Of a DNA stretch of 64,000 bases, positions 1-11,145 are shown in pieces. Position 1 is the first letter of the stretch. Every line of letters starts with the position of its first letter. This DNA comes from Narcine bancroftii (lineage: Eukaryota). The notes beneath the pieces are model-generated. The model was not told the DNA's origin and made no database searches. It worked only from the letters and a program-made list of their open reading frames with translations. Position numbers and translations under genes: made by a program. The stretch spans positions 199,454,001 to 199,518,000 of the forward strand of contig NC_091471.1 in the NCBI RefSeq assembly GCF_036971445.1. The letters are read 5' to 3'.

Positions 1-1429
1 GTGAAGTAACTATTATTTGCATGCTCATTTTGAAGGCAAGTTGAATAAAAAAATAATTTACTTTCAAAAGTCTATGCATCTATTCCTCTGGTATGACAGT
101 AAATAGCATTTAGCTATTTAGCAAAAAACTAATATATGCATTCAGGCACTTCAAAGCCATTTAACTATTTTGAATATACAGTTAATTTTACTCTAACATG
201 GACATCATTGTAGAACCAGGGAAGTATTTCATTTTATTGTGGTAAATGAGATTCTTGAAAGTGGTTGATTGTCAATAATTAATCATGGCAAAAGTTGTTG
301 GCTATTGTTGGGGGAAATATTGGAGTAAGTAATCAATAATTGTGATTCATAAATACATATATGCAGTCATATGCTTTCAAATTAACCTTTGGGGATCAAT
401 TATGTTCATGAAGTTCAATCAACTCCACTACCACCAACTACTCTTTCAACTATGTTGGAAGCCCTTTATTAAATAAGCTCAACATCTTTACATAAAAACA
501 ATCAAGACAGAATAAAGAGTAGGCCCTTGTGTCTGCTCCTCCAATCAATAAGAACCTTCCCTTCTGCACCATTCTTCTGCTCAAATTATACTTTTTCCCT
601 CCCAACAGATACAAACATACCATTTATTAACTTTAATATTTGTTGAGCAATGGAATCTCCACAGACTATTTGGGTGGAGACTTGTAAAGAATCATTACCC
701 TTCAGATGAAGGCATTTCTCCTCAACAGCCTTGAATGGCTGACCCCTTGTTTGAGACAGAGCCCTGGTTTTGGATGCATCATCCTTTACCCTTGCATCGA
801 ATGCAATTGAGCCTTGTATGAATTGCACGTTTTGTAACTTTGGCACTTCTTGGTGGGCCTCAAAACCCTCCTTAAATACAGTATAAAGGGCAAACTTAAT
901 ATTGTACAAGAAAAATACAAGTGGTCCATGAATTGACTTAAATCCTTTAAAGAAAAGCCCAGCAGATGAATCAATTGTAATGACTGAGCTTGCCCAGGTT
1001 AATCATAAACAGCTCAGTGGCCAAAGTCAAGAAGATTGCTTGATGTATTGTATAGTCAGAACAAATGATTTTCAACCTCTGGCTGAGGATTGTAACATCT
1101 TGGCATCCAATTTCTTTACAGTCAGGCAATGTGATATTTCCGAAATAACAGGATCTTTGTCTTCACTCATTTGGAATGCCATCCTCACCTCGTAGGTACT
1201 ACTTTGCACGAGCAGCTGTTTGGTTCAGTTGCTAAATTGATGTTGTGACATTGTGTGTTCAATAGTGACAGACTTTAAAATGCAGTAGGTTAAGGCAAAT
1301 GTGTGCCCCTATTATTTAGAAGAACAAAACAACTTATTGCTTATGTTCTGATGTGATGTGTTGTACCTGAATTAGTTTGGAGCATTAAACCAAAGTGGAT
1401 GCAAGTTCTATAATTTGATATGAAGTTGT

Positions 1430-2517
1430 GTACACTTTAAACACCCTGGCCCCCGATGAACAGGCTCTGTGCACAGTTGAGGTGGTGGTGACGAGAAACC
1501 TATTCAAGGTGAACCTACACAAGGTAGTGGGACCAGAAACCATACCTGGTCGGGAAATGAAGGACTGTGCAGACATCTTTAACACCTCACTACAGTAGTC
1601 CATCATCCCAATGGATTTCAAGACAGCCACAATCATCCCAGTGCCAAAGAGGGTGACATTAATAGGCCTCAGTGGCTATCGTCTCATAGCATTGACATCC
1701 ACCATTATGAAATGCTTTGAGCACCTGTTGATGGAATGCATCAAAGCATACCTCCCAGACAATGGAGCCATTTCCTTTTACCTACAGATGAAACCATTCC
1801 ACCCATGATGCTAGAGCCTTGTCCTTCCACTGTTTTAACCCACATGGAGAACCACACTGCTGTTCATTTGGAGAAATGGCCTTTACAGTGACTGAACACC
1901 CGTCTCTGTGACTGGATGCTGGAATGTCCAGTATCATCATGCTGAGTACTGGTGCACCTCAGCCCACTCCTCTTCATGCTCCTGACCCATAACTGCAACA
2001 CCAGAGCCAGCTCCAACAGAGCCATCAAGTTTGCAGATGACATAACGGTAGTTTCCTCCATCAGCAACAACGATGAGTCGCACTACAGAGAAAAAGGGGC
2101 AAATCATGTGATTATGGTGCGAGAAAAACAATCTGAATCTCAAAATGCACAAGGAGCTGACTGAAGACTTCAGGAGGACCAGGAACTTTCACCCTCCACT
2201 AAACATTAGTAGCTCAGTCGTGAAGGGAGTGGAGAACGCCAAGTTCCTTGGAATCCACTCAAGTAGCGATCTATCCTGGACACACATCTCCTTACATGTC
2301 AGGAAGGTGCACGTCCCAAGAAGACTGAGGTGGGCAAGGCTACCGGCCATCATCCTGTCAACTTTCTACTTGAACTCAATTGAAAGCATCCTGGACAGCA
2401 GCATCAGTGTGTCATGGTTGCTGTAGAGCAATGGATCAGAGATAAATTCACAGTACCATAAGAATAGCAGAGAGATCTGTGATGTCCACCCCCCCCACCC
2501 CTTGACTGATGTGATCT
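1430..2517 (+). mobile_element. Rex1/Babar-like LINE RT fragment (5' part; continues at ~6100)
   Basis: Decayed ORFs FKTATIIPVPK...YRLIALTSTIMKCFEHL, LSPLLF...IKFADDITVV and KFLGIH...STFY..SIESIL. The sequence breaks after gatgtgatcta and resumes as ctgggatcgttgtctgaag at ~6102. Confidence 0.8.
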
Positions 2518-2736
2518 AAAAGATAAAGGTTCACTGTTGTCATGAAATACTACATTTATGTAGAATATAACTTACAAGTAATTCTTTAACTTTTGTCTGC
2601 AGAGAGTCGTCACTTTGTCCAGCACCCCTCACAAAAACCTACAGCAGCTGGTATTCCTTGGCAGTCTCCCCTCTAAGTACTGACTAGGCCTGAGCCTGCT
2701 TAGCTTCCAATATCAGACAATCTCAGGAATATTCAG
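2518..2736 (-). mobile_element. 5S rRNA-derived retrocopy/SINE3-like element (5S head 2634-2736 plus ~115-bp tail)
   Basis: 2634-2736 is the reverse complement of vertebrate 5S rRNA (GGAAGCTAAGCAGG..GGCCT.GT.AGTACTT...GGGAGAC.GCC..GGAATACC...TGCTGTAGG) with many substitutions and the first ~18 nt missing. It is followed by a non-5S tail ending gacaacagtgaacctttatctttt. Confidence 0.85.
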
Positions 2737-2950
2737 TTTGATAGTATGGGATACTATCACCACTGTATATATTTGCATATATTTACATTTAGCGATATGA
2801 TTGGCTGAGAGCCGTAGCCACACCTACTGGCGGGTCATAAAGGGCTGCTCCTAACCATACCCAGGTCAGTCTGGACTGGTCGACCTCGATGTACTACGCT
2901 CCAGTCTTTTGTTAATAAAAGCCTTGGTTTGAGTCATTCGATGCACTACA
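2737..2950 (+). repeat. 5' LTR of Gypsy element A
   Basis: Direct repeat of 5865-6093, lacking a ~14-nt block near the 3' end. TATA-like CATAAA at ~2837 and AATAAA at 2914. Confidence 0.93.
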
Positions 2951-5864
2951 ATTTTATTAACAAAAATTTCAACGGATGGAGCGAATGCTGCGACCAGAAT
3001 GCCTCAGCATCAACCCGCAGTCACCTACTGCGCAGAGTGATTTCAGGCACTGGGTAACATGCTTTGAGGCATATCTGCAGCATTCAGACCCCTTCGTAGA
3101 TGAAGACACAGATAAACTGCAAGTTCTGATGTCCATGGTGTCCACGAGGGCCTACGAAAATATACAGAACATGACCTCGTACACAGCTGCCATGTACATG
3201 CTGAGGAGACTCTACAAGCGACCTGTTAATAAGGTCTATGCCAGGCACATGCTGGCAACCAGGAGACCGCAGCCCGGTGAGTCCTGCAGAGCCTACCTTC
3301 AGGCACTTAGGTTACTGGGTAGAGCTCCTGTGTACACGACAAAACTGCGGCTGGGATCACCGAAGACCTCATCCGGGAAATTTATGTGTCTGGGGTCCAA
3401 TCCAATGAGGTGAGGGAACGATTACTGGAGCATGAGGGAGACAGCCTGGTGGAGGCCGTTCAAATTGCTGAAACAATGGAGGCTGCAGCCCTAAGGATAG
3501 ATGCCTATACACAGGGCTGGGCCCCCCATTATGATGCAAGTAGAACGCCTGCATTTAACCCAGCCTCCCCACGCCCCATCGATGGCTTCCCCTTCGCCAT
3601 CACCACACTACCCAACGTGGCCCTGAAGTGCTACTTCTGTGGGATGGAGAAGCACAGCCGATCCCCTTGCCCTGCAAGGAAGGCCCAATGCCAGAAGTGC
3701 CAAAAGAACGGCCACTTTGCCATTCTGCCTGTCCAAAATGGCCACTGCCAAGCACAGTGCCTCATGCAAGGCCCAACTGCCTTTCCCAAATTCGAATTAC
3801 TCGTCCTCGGAACTCTCATCCAATGAGAGCGAGGAATCGATCACGCAGCAATGCTTGACATCACAACGCATGTGTTTTCCACCATCGACCTCCAATCAGC
3901 CTACTACCAGCTCCGATCCACCTGGAGGAACGCCCTTTCATGGCCTTCGAAGCAATCGGGCATTTGTATCAATTCCTTCGGTGTCACAAATGGTGTCACG
4001 GTCTTTCAGTGAGAGATGGACCAGATGGTAGACCAGAACAGCCACACAGCTACATTCCCATATCTGGACAATGTCACCATCTGTGGCCACGACCCGCAGG
4101 ACCACGACGCCAACTTTGAGAAATTCTTTCAAATGGCGAAACGGCTGAATCTGACCTACAATTCCGACAAGGCACGACCACTAATCAAGTCCACCTCCTT
4201 GTCAGCGGAAGCCAGAGCAGCCTTCGACTGCATCAATTTGGACATCGCCGCGGCCATTCTGCACGCTGTAGATGAATCCATACCTTCCAGGTAGAGAGCA
4301 ATGCGTCTGACTTTGCACTGGCAGCCACCTAAAACCAGGCTGGTAGGCCTGTCGCCTTCTTTTCTAGGACCCTCCAGGGCCCAGAAAGCCGACACTCTTC
4401 TGTTGAGAAGGAGGCCCAGGCCATTGTAGAGCCTGTACGTCATTGGAGACATTACTTCGCTTGCAGGCGCTTTACACTCCTGGCCGACTAACGCACAGTC
4501 TCATTTATGTTTAGCAGCAACCAGCGGGGTAAGATCAAAAATGACAAGATTGCCAGGTGGAGAATCGAACTCTCTACTTTAAACTATGACATTCTATACC
4601 GGCCTGGCAAACTCAATGACCCCACTTGACGCCTTTTCCCATGGGACATGCGCCAGTGTACAACTGGATAGGCTGCAGAGACTCCATGAGGAGCTCTGTC
4701 ACCCAGGGGTCACCAGGTTCACCTACTTTGCAAAGACCCACAACCTGCCCTATGCAGTCGAAGAGATCCGCTCCATGACCCGAGACTGCCCAGTATGTGC
4801 TGTCCAAGCCCAACTTCTTCCGACCCGAGAAGACCCACGTCATTAAAGCCACCCAGCCCTTCAAACATCTCAGTGTGGACTTCAAGGGGCCCTTATCATT
4901 GACAAACCATAACACCTACATTGTCACAGTGATCGACGAGTACTCCCGCTTCCTGTTCGCTATTCCCTGCCCGGACATGACCACCTCCTCAGTCATAAAT
5001 GCACTGTACAGCAACTTGACCATTTTTGGGTACACCAGTTACATCCACAGTAACATGGGGTCCTCATAGTGGTTTATGAGTGCAAAGCTGAGGCAGTACC
5101 TTATGGAGCACAGTATTGCTTCGAGCAGGACCACTAGCTACAACCCACACGGTAATGGGCAGGTTGAAAGGGAGAATGCCACCGTCTGGAAAGCGATCAT
5201 CCTTTCCCTCCAGTCTAAAGGCCTCCCCACCACTCACTGGCAGGACGTCTTTCCAAACGCCCTACACTCCATCAGGTCTCTTGTGCACTGCCACCAACGA
5301 TATCCCACACCAACGTATGTTCTCGTTCCCATGGAAGTTGGAATCAGGAATGACAAAACCGGCATGGCTGGCGGTCCCTGGATCTGTCCTGCTGAAACGT
5401 CATGTCCGCTACTCAAAAAATGACCCCCTAGTCCTGGGTAATGCTATTACACACGAACTCGCACTATGCCTACATAGAGTACCTGGACAGGTGGGAGGAC
5501 ACTGTCTCTGTAAGGGACCTGGCCCAAGCCGGGTCTAACATTGTCACGTTCCAACCCCAACATCCATCCAATCCTCCCCTAGGTTACATGCTGGGACAGT
5601 GGGACCAGCAGCACCTCATGGACGACGACAGCAGTAGATTGCACAAGCCCACGGCCAACGATGACTGTGGACTAGGTGAAACTGCGTCCACACCTGGTGA
5701 CCTCAGCGATGATGCTCCGCTAGCTACCCCGATCCCAGCGCCACGATGATCACGTCGGGCAATCAGGCTTCCTGACTGCTACAGCCCATGAACACTGCAT
5801 GCTACACCCCCCCTTCTTTTTTCTTTTTACTCACCCCGGGGTCCATTCTTAAAGAAGGGGTGAA

Positions 5865-6093
5865 TGTGATAGTATGGGATACTATCACCACTGTATATAT
5901 TTGTATATATTTACATATAGTAGTAGTGATTGGCTGAGAGCCGTAGCCACACCTACTGAGAGGTCATAAAGGGCTGCTCCTAACCAGACCCAGGTCAGTC
6001 TGGACTGGTCGACCTCAATGTACTACGCTCCAGTCTTTTGTTAATAAAAGCCTTGGCTTGAGTCAACATGTCTGAGTCATGCGATGCACTACA
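5865..6093 (+). repeat. 3' LTR of Gypsy element A
   Basis: TG...CA ends, preceded by the PPT and followed by TSD TTCAG. Confidence 0.93.
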
Positions 6094-6099
6094 TTCAGA

Positions 6100-6478
6100 T
6101 ACTGGGATCGTTGTCTGAAGAGGGCTCGCAAAAATCAGTGAAGACTCTGATCACCCACAATATCTTTCAGCTTCTCCTTTTGGGAAAAATCTACAAGTGT
6201 ATCAGAGCCCGCACCACCAGGCTGAGGAACAGCTTCTTCCCACAGGCAGTGAGACTCCTGAACGACTGAATGAACTATTAATACAAATCATCCAAGACTT
6301 TACCATTTATCATACAATATTTATTTTTATATATACATAATGCATATATATCATTTATCTGTACGTGTATTATATCTGGATATGTTTTGCATGTTTTTAC
6401 ACCGAGGACTGGAGAATGCTGCTTTGTCGAGTTGTCATTGAACAAATCAGATGATGATAAACCTGAACTAGAACTAGA
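6100..6478 (+). mobile_element. 3' end of the interrupted Rex1/Babar-like LINE
   Basis: Encodes IRARTTRLRNSFFPQAVRLLN, a typical Rex1-type C-terminus. The 3' UTR ends in short tandem repeats (cctgaactagaactag). Confidence 0.75.
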
Positions 6479-7536
6479 TTCTCAGTCAAGAATAAAGGTT
6501 TCAAATTTTGGGGCAAAAATTGCTTCAATGGCTGCTCAGTTGACAAAACAGAGAAATTATGTGCAAAGTCAACTAGCATCCTTGAGTTGAAAGGATCAAT
6601 CAAGTTTTCAGGTCTGAACCCTTTCTCAAGACTCAAGTGGTAGTTTAAAAGGTAAGGCAGTTAATTAAAAAAAAACCCTTGATATTTTAGGAAGAGTAAT
6701 TATGTGTGGTTTGACATATATGGCTGAAAATTACATTCAGTTCAATCTGCAGTCACGTCCTTTGACTAACCCAGCTTTAAATAGCTATAAATAAACAATA
6801 AATAAAAAGATTAGACTTGAGGAAGATATGACACCATGGAATCTGAAATGAAAACAATACGTGGAAATATTCAGCATGTCAGGCAGTATCTGGGGAGAGA
6901 AAAATCGGAGGATGTTTTAAGCTGCTAACTTATCAGCAAAGCTTTTGAAAATTTTGACATAATCAAGTTTTAAGGTACAAGAAAAAAGGGATGGTAGAAA
7001 TGAAAAGATGTAAGGGTTGTTTCCTTGTGAGAAATACAAGAAAAAAAGTACTGAGTCAAAAAGATTGACAAAGGAAGAAAGACTCAGTCTTGAAGAGGTA
7101 GAACTTGGAAAAGCAAAACACTAAGTAAAAAGCAGAAAATCCTGGAAGTAAAATATTAAAATACTGGAAGTTGCTGGAAATGCTCAGTTTCTGAACTCAA
7201 TGCTGAAAATAGGAAGCTGCAATATGCCTAGTCAAAATCTCAGCAGACTCTCTTTTCCTTAAGCCTTCCTGAGATTTTATTGCAATAATGTAGGAGGCAA
7301 AAGACACAGAGTGACAGTGGAACATAGAATTAAAATGACAGATCTGAACCTTTGGTTGGAAAGTGATCTCTCCACTGCAGAGCAATCTCAAGCTGCAATA
7401 AGAGGATATACTGAAAACAATACAACCTCTACCTTATCTGGAATGTGTTCTAAAGGGGCCTGAATGGAAGTGATCATCACTCCTTGTGCCATGGGAAGGA
7501 GGATTGATATTTTGGTGGAAATAGGAATCAGCTATG

Positions 7537-7909
7537 CAATGGTTCTCAACCTTTTTCTTTCCACTCACATACGATTTTAAGTAATCCCTATGCCATCGGT
7601 GCTCTGTGATTAATATGGAACTGCTTAAAGTGGGATGCGAGTGGGAAGGGAAAATTGAGAATCATTGCTCTAGACCCAATTGTTACAGAAATATTTTGCT
7701 TGAGAAAAAATTGTTATTGCCCTATTTCCTTTGGAGATATGAAACTGTGCTCATAATTAGTAATTATGTACAATTAAAACAGTGGTTTTCAAACTTTTTC
7801 TTTCCACCCACATACCACCTTAAGCAATCCCTTACTAATCACAAAGCATCTACGGCATAGGGAATACAAAGTGGAATGTGAGTGGAAAGAAAAAGGTTGA
7901 GAACCACTA
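7537..7909. mobile_element. Non-autonomous hAT-type MITE with bipartite internally repeated structure
   Basis: Termini CAATGGTTCTCAACCTTTTTCTTTCCACTCACAT / ATGTGAGTGGAAAGAAAAAGGTTGAGAACCACTA are inverted repeats. A second internal TIR-like unit begins at ~7780. A homologous copy lies at 35220. Confidence 0.8.
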
Positions 7910-8584
7910 TTCTAAAGTATTCCTGAAGGAATGATTTCTTTGGAAGATGGAAGGAGAGAAGGGATTAAGTGTTTTTAGAGGGCATCATGGGGAGGATCTT
8001 TGTTAAATTTAGATATTCAGTTTCCTTGTACTATCTCAGATCACAATTCTGCTTGACCCTTTTCAACCTCCTCCATGCTGTGTTTCTTTCTATAATTGTT
8101 TTATCATCACTTTCTCTCTCTGCTTGAATCACAGGAAATTTAATTTATACCAAAGATAATTAGTTCAAAATTCTGTGATTTATTTCACAGTTGTACTAAC
8201 CGATTAAAATGGATTCACCAGAGGCAAAAAGAAAGTCGCTTTGATACCCAGATAAGCTATTTGAGTTAGCAACCACTCCCTTGGAAAGTAAATGACTTTG
8301 ACATTGAGCAGATACCCCTTGAGCAAATGAGATGAAGAGTCAGCTGTCTACCCTTCATCATTCCCTTCCTTTGTCCACCAGGGCAGGTTCCGACAGGGTC
8401 TATTCCTACATTCACTCCCTCTCAAATGTTTTCCCTGAGACACTTTTCATTGATCTGTACACCCAACTTCTTTCCATGAAAATCTAAGAACACGGTCAGT
8501 CAATCCATCACACCACTTTAGAGTACAATTTCAAAAAAAACTGCAGCTGAAACTAAACTTGGGTTTGCATTTACGTGAACATAT

Positions 8585-8757
8585 GAATTAGAACCAGAAG
8601 TTGGCAATTTGATCTCTCAAAATTGATCTGCTACTTAAAATCTGATTGTCATCTCAACTCTGCAATCCAATAAACCTGCAATAACATTTCACCACTTTGC
8701 TATCTAAACTTTTATTCCATCTCTGCCCTAAAATATTTAAAAACCCTGTCTTCATTT
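8585..8757 (+). repeat. 173-bp direct repeat, copy 1
   Basis: Identical to 10973-11145 apart from one substitution seen by eye (aaaaaccc vs aaaagccc). Confidence 0.92.
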
Positions 8758-8899
8758 TCCTGTTAAACTGTCTTTTTAACATCAAAGTTAGACATGATTC
8801 TACAGCTTCTCTAACATTTTCTTCCAGATAAGCCCTAATCTATAAGGGGATAAAGTTGCCCTTTGGGACCCTTTAATTCTCTCCCCTTTCATATTAAAT

Positions 8900-9935
8900 C
8901 TATGTCTTCTGGTTCCAGAATCATTTATCCTGTTAAAATAAAATACTATGAGCATTAACTTTATCCATTCTCCTCATGATCACCATTCAGCTTCTTATCC
9001 TCCAGTGAATTAAGAACTAGCTTTTCCAGCCTTTTTCTCTCTACAACTCATGCCCTCAAATCCATGTAACATCCTGGTAAATTTCCAACTCAATGACACC
9101 CTTTGTAGAGCTGGATGACGAACTGGTCACAGTGTGGACTAAACAAAGATTTATACAACTAAAACAATAAGATCCTAACTTTTGTATTCAATGCTCTGCT
9201 CAAGGAAAGCAAGCATGCCCAATGCATTCTTTATTATCCTGTCCACCCAAGTCATCACGTTCCGGGAATAACACCCTCTAACTACAAGGATGTCTCTCTT
9301 CAGCAACACCCTCCATGACCATCATTTACAGTGCAAGGCCTGCCTTGGTCTGACTTTCTAAAATGCAACAGTTCAAATTATCCAAGCTAAATTCCATTTG
9401 CTAGTCTGTGACACCTTCAGATATGCTTCTTCACTGACTATTGTACCACCAATTTTGGTGTAATCTGGAAGTTTTTGACCATATTAACTGCATTATCATC
9501 CAAATCATTAAAAAGATAATAAACAACATTGGATTCAGCACAGTCATCTGAGACACACCTCTGGTCACAGAACATCATTCAGAAACTAAATCATCCATTA
9601 CTACACTACGACTTCTACTCCAAGCAAGTTTCAAATCCAATCAGTCAGCTCACCTTGGGAGTCCACATGAACCAACCTTCCAGACCATCTTACCATAAGG
9701 GATTTGCTAACATGCAATAATGACTATGTCCATCGCAGTGTCCACATCAACCCTCTTTATCGCCTCTTCTAAAAGGTCTATCAGATTTGCGATACACCAT
9801 TTCCCATGCAAAAAAACCATGTTAACTACCTCTATTCAATCTTTGCCTCTCCAAATGCTGGGAGATTCAGTCCCTCAGTATGCACTCCAATAACATTTCC
9901 CCTTTTGATGTTTAGCTCACTGGCCTATACTTACA
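8900..9935 (-). mobile_element. Highly decayed CR1-like LINE fragment
   Basis: Resembles the reverse complement of CR1-type RT and 3' region (ccaccaattttggtgtaatctg, tcatccaaatcattaa, aacatcctggtaaat). No intact ORF, and boundaries are approximate. Confidence 0.5.
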
Positions 9936-9996
9936 AAGAATCATAGAATACTACACCACAGAAGCAGGCCCTTTGGCCCAGTGACCCAATGCTGAA

Positions 9997-10070
9997 TTTT
10001 TATTTTTTTTTTCCACACCATAAATCACATTAGCCATGATACACACTTTTTCTTTTTCACACATATACTT
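9997..10070 (-). mobile_element. Very short 3'-terminal copy of the L1/Tx1 family seen at 52999
   Basis: Poly(T) followed by cacaccataaatcacattagccatgatacacactttttctttttcacacatatac, nearly identical to 53022-53077. Confidence 0.8.
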
Positions 10071-10972
10071 TTTTTTTAAATTCTGCCTGGTCCCATCGAC
10101 CTGCCTCCTGACTTGTCCCCTTACTTAACCTATCTGTATTTCTTTTAAACCACCTTTTGGCATCTTCAAAATTGATTTTGTACTGATCCTTGTGGCAATT
10201 TAACAAGCATACCTTCACTGTTTTTCTCTAAAGGTCAGTTCTGCAATTTGCGACCTAGCAATAATCCCTGCAGCACATCGTTTGGTTTATCACGACAGCT
10301 AGAACATAAAACATAGTACAGTCCAGCTCAAGAACAGGCTCCTCGCCCTTTGACGTCTGCACTGAACGTGATGCCATTCTTAAAGAAAATGACCTGACTG
10401 ACCGTTTCCTCTCAAAGAAAATGACTCGACCAACTCCTTCCTCTCAGTTAGCAACCAATTTTCTATGCATGCCAGCATGTTATTTTTATTTTGCATCGCA
10501 AGCTTTTATTTTCTGCTACAAACTTTGAAACAAAATCTTGACTGTACATCTGGTATTACATATTAAATAAAGTCAGATAGGCTTGAGGAACCTTCCAGTC
10601 AAGCAACATCTGTGAAAAGATAAGCCAGTTAATGTTTCAATTCAGCTCCCGTTCATCAGAACCAAGGAAATCGGCTTTTCATTTCCGATGAAGAGAATTT
10701 GACCATTAACATGGGCTTCTCCTTCCACAGATGCAGTTGGACTGATTGGGTTCTTCTGGCATTTTTGATTTTGGTTCAGTTTTCAACATTTCTGGTTATA
10801 CTTGTTGTCCACCACATCACATAATTTCTAAAAGTGATATATTCACTGATTCTCTTTCATCCACAACACCAGCTAAATCTTAAAAATACCTCCTGAAAAT
10901 AGATTTTTTTTTAAAATAAACTATGCTTCAGTGAAGAACTGACAGAGGATATTGAATGTCTTCATCAGATGG

Positions 10973-11145
10973 GAATTAGAACCAGAAGTTGGCAATTTGA
11001 TCTCTCAAAATTGATCTGCTACTTAAAATCTGATTGTCATCTCAACTCTGCAATCCAATAAACCTGCAATAACATTTCACCACTTTGCTATCTAAACTTT
11101 TATTCCATCTCTGCCCTAAAATATTTAAAAGCCCTGTCTTCATTT
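10973..11145 (+). repeat. 173-bp direct repeat, copy 2
   Basis: Matches 8585-8757. Flanked by CAGATG on both sides. Confidence 0.92.

Larger units (their letters stand above)
2737..6093 (+). mobile_element. Ty3/Gypsy LTR retrotransposon A, internally deleted provirus with both LTRs
   Basis: LTRs at 2737-2950 and 5865-6093 (T[T/G]TG...TACA). 5-bp TSD TTCAG at 2732-2736 and 6094-6098. PPT AAAGAAGGGGTGAA at 5851-5864. Gag from ATG 2976 with CCHC-like knuckles, RT pieces (DLQSAY, FGVTN, YLDN), RNase H and integrase (VDFKGPL, VIDEYSRF, GNGQVEREN). Frameshifts are present and protease is absent. Confidence 0.95.

Noticed and set aside
2634-2736. Functional 5S rRNA gene
   Set aside because: It is 5'-truncated, heavily substituted, solitary and interrupted by a Gypsy insertion.
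8585-11145. 173-bp repeats as LTRs of a 2.5-kb element
   Set aside because: There are no TG..CA termini, PBS, PPT or outer TSD, and the interior is unrelated decayed LINE/SINE sequence.
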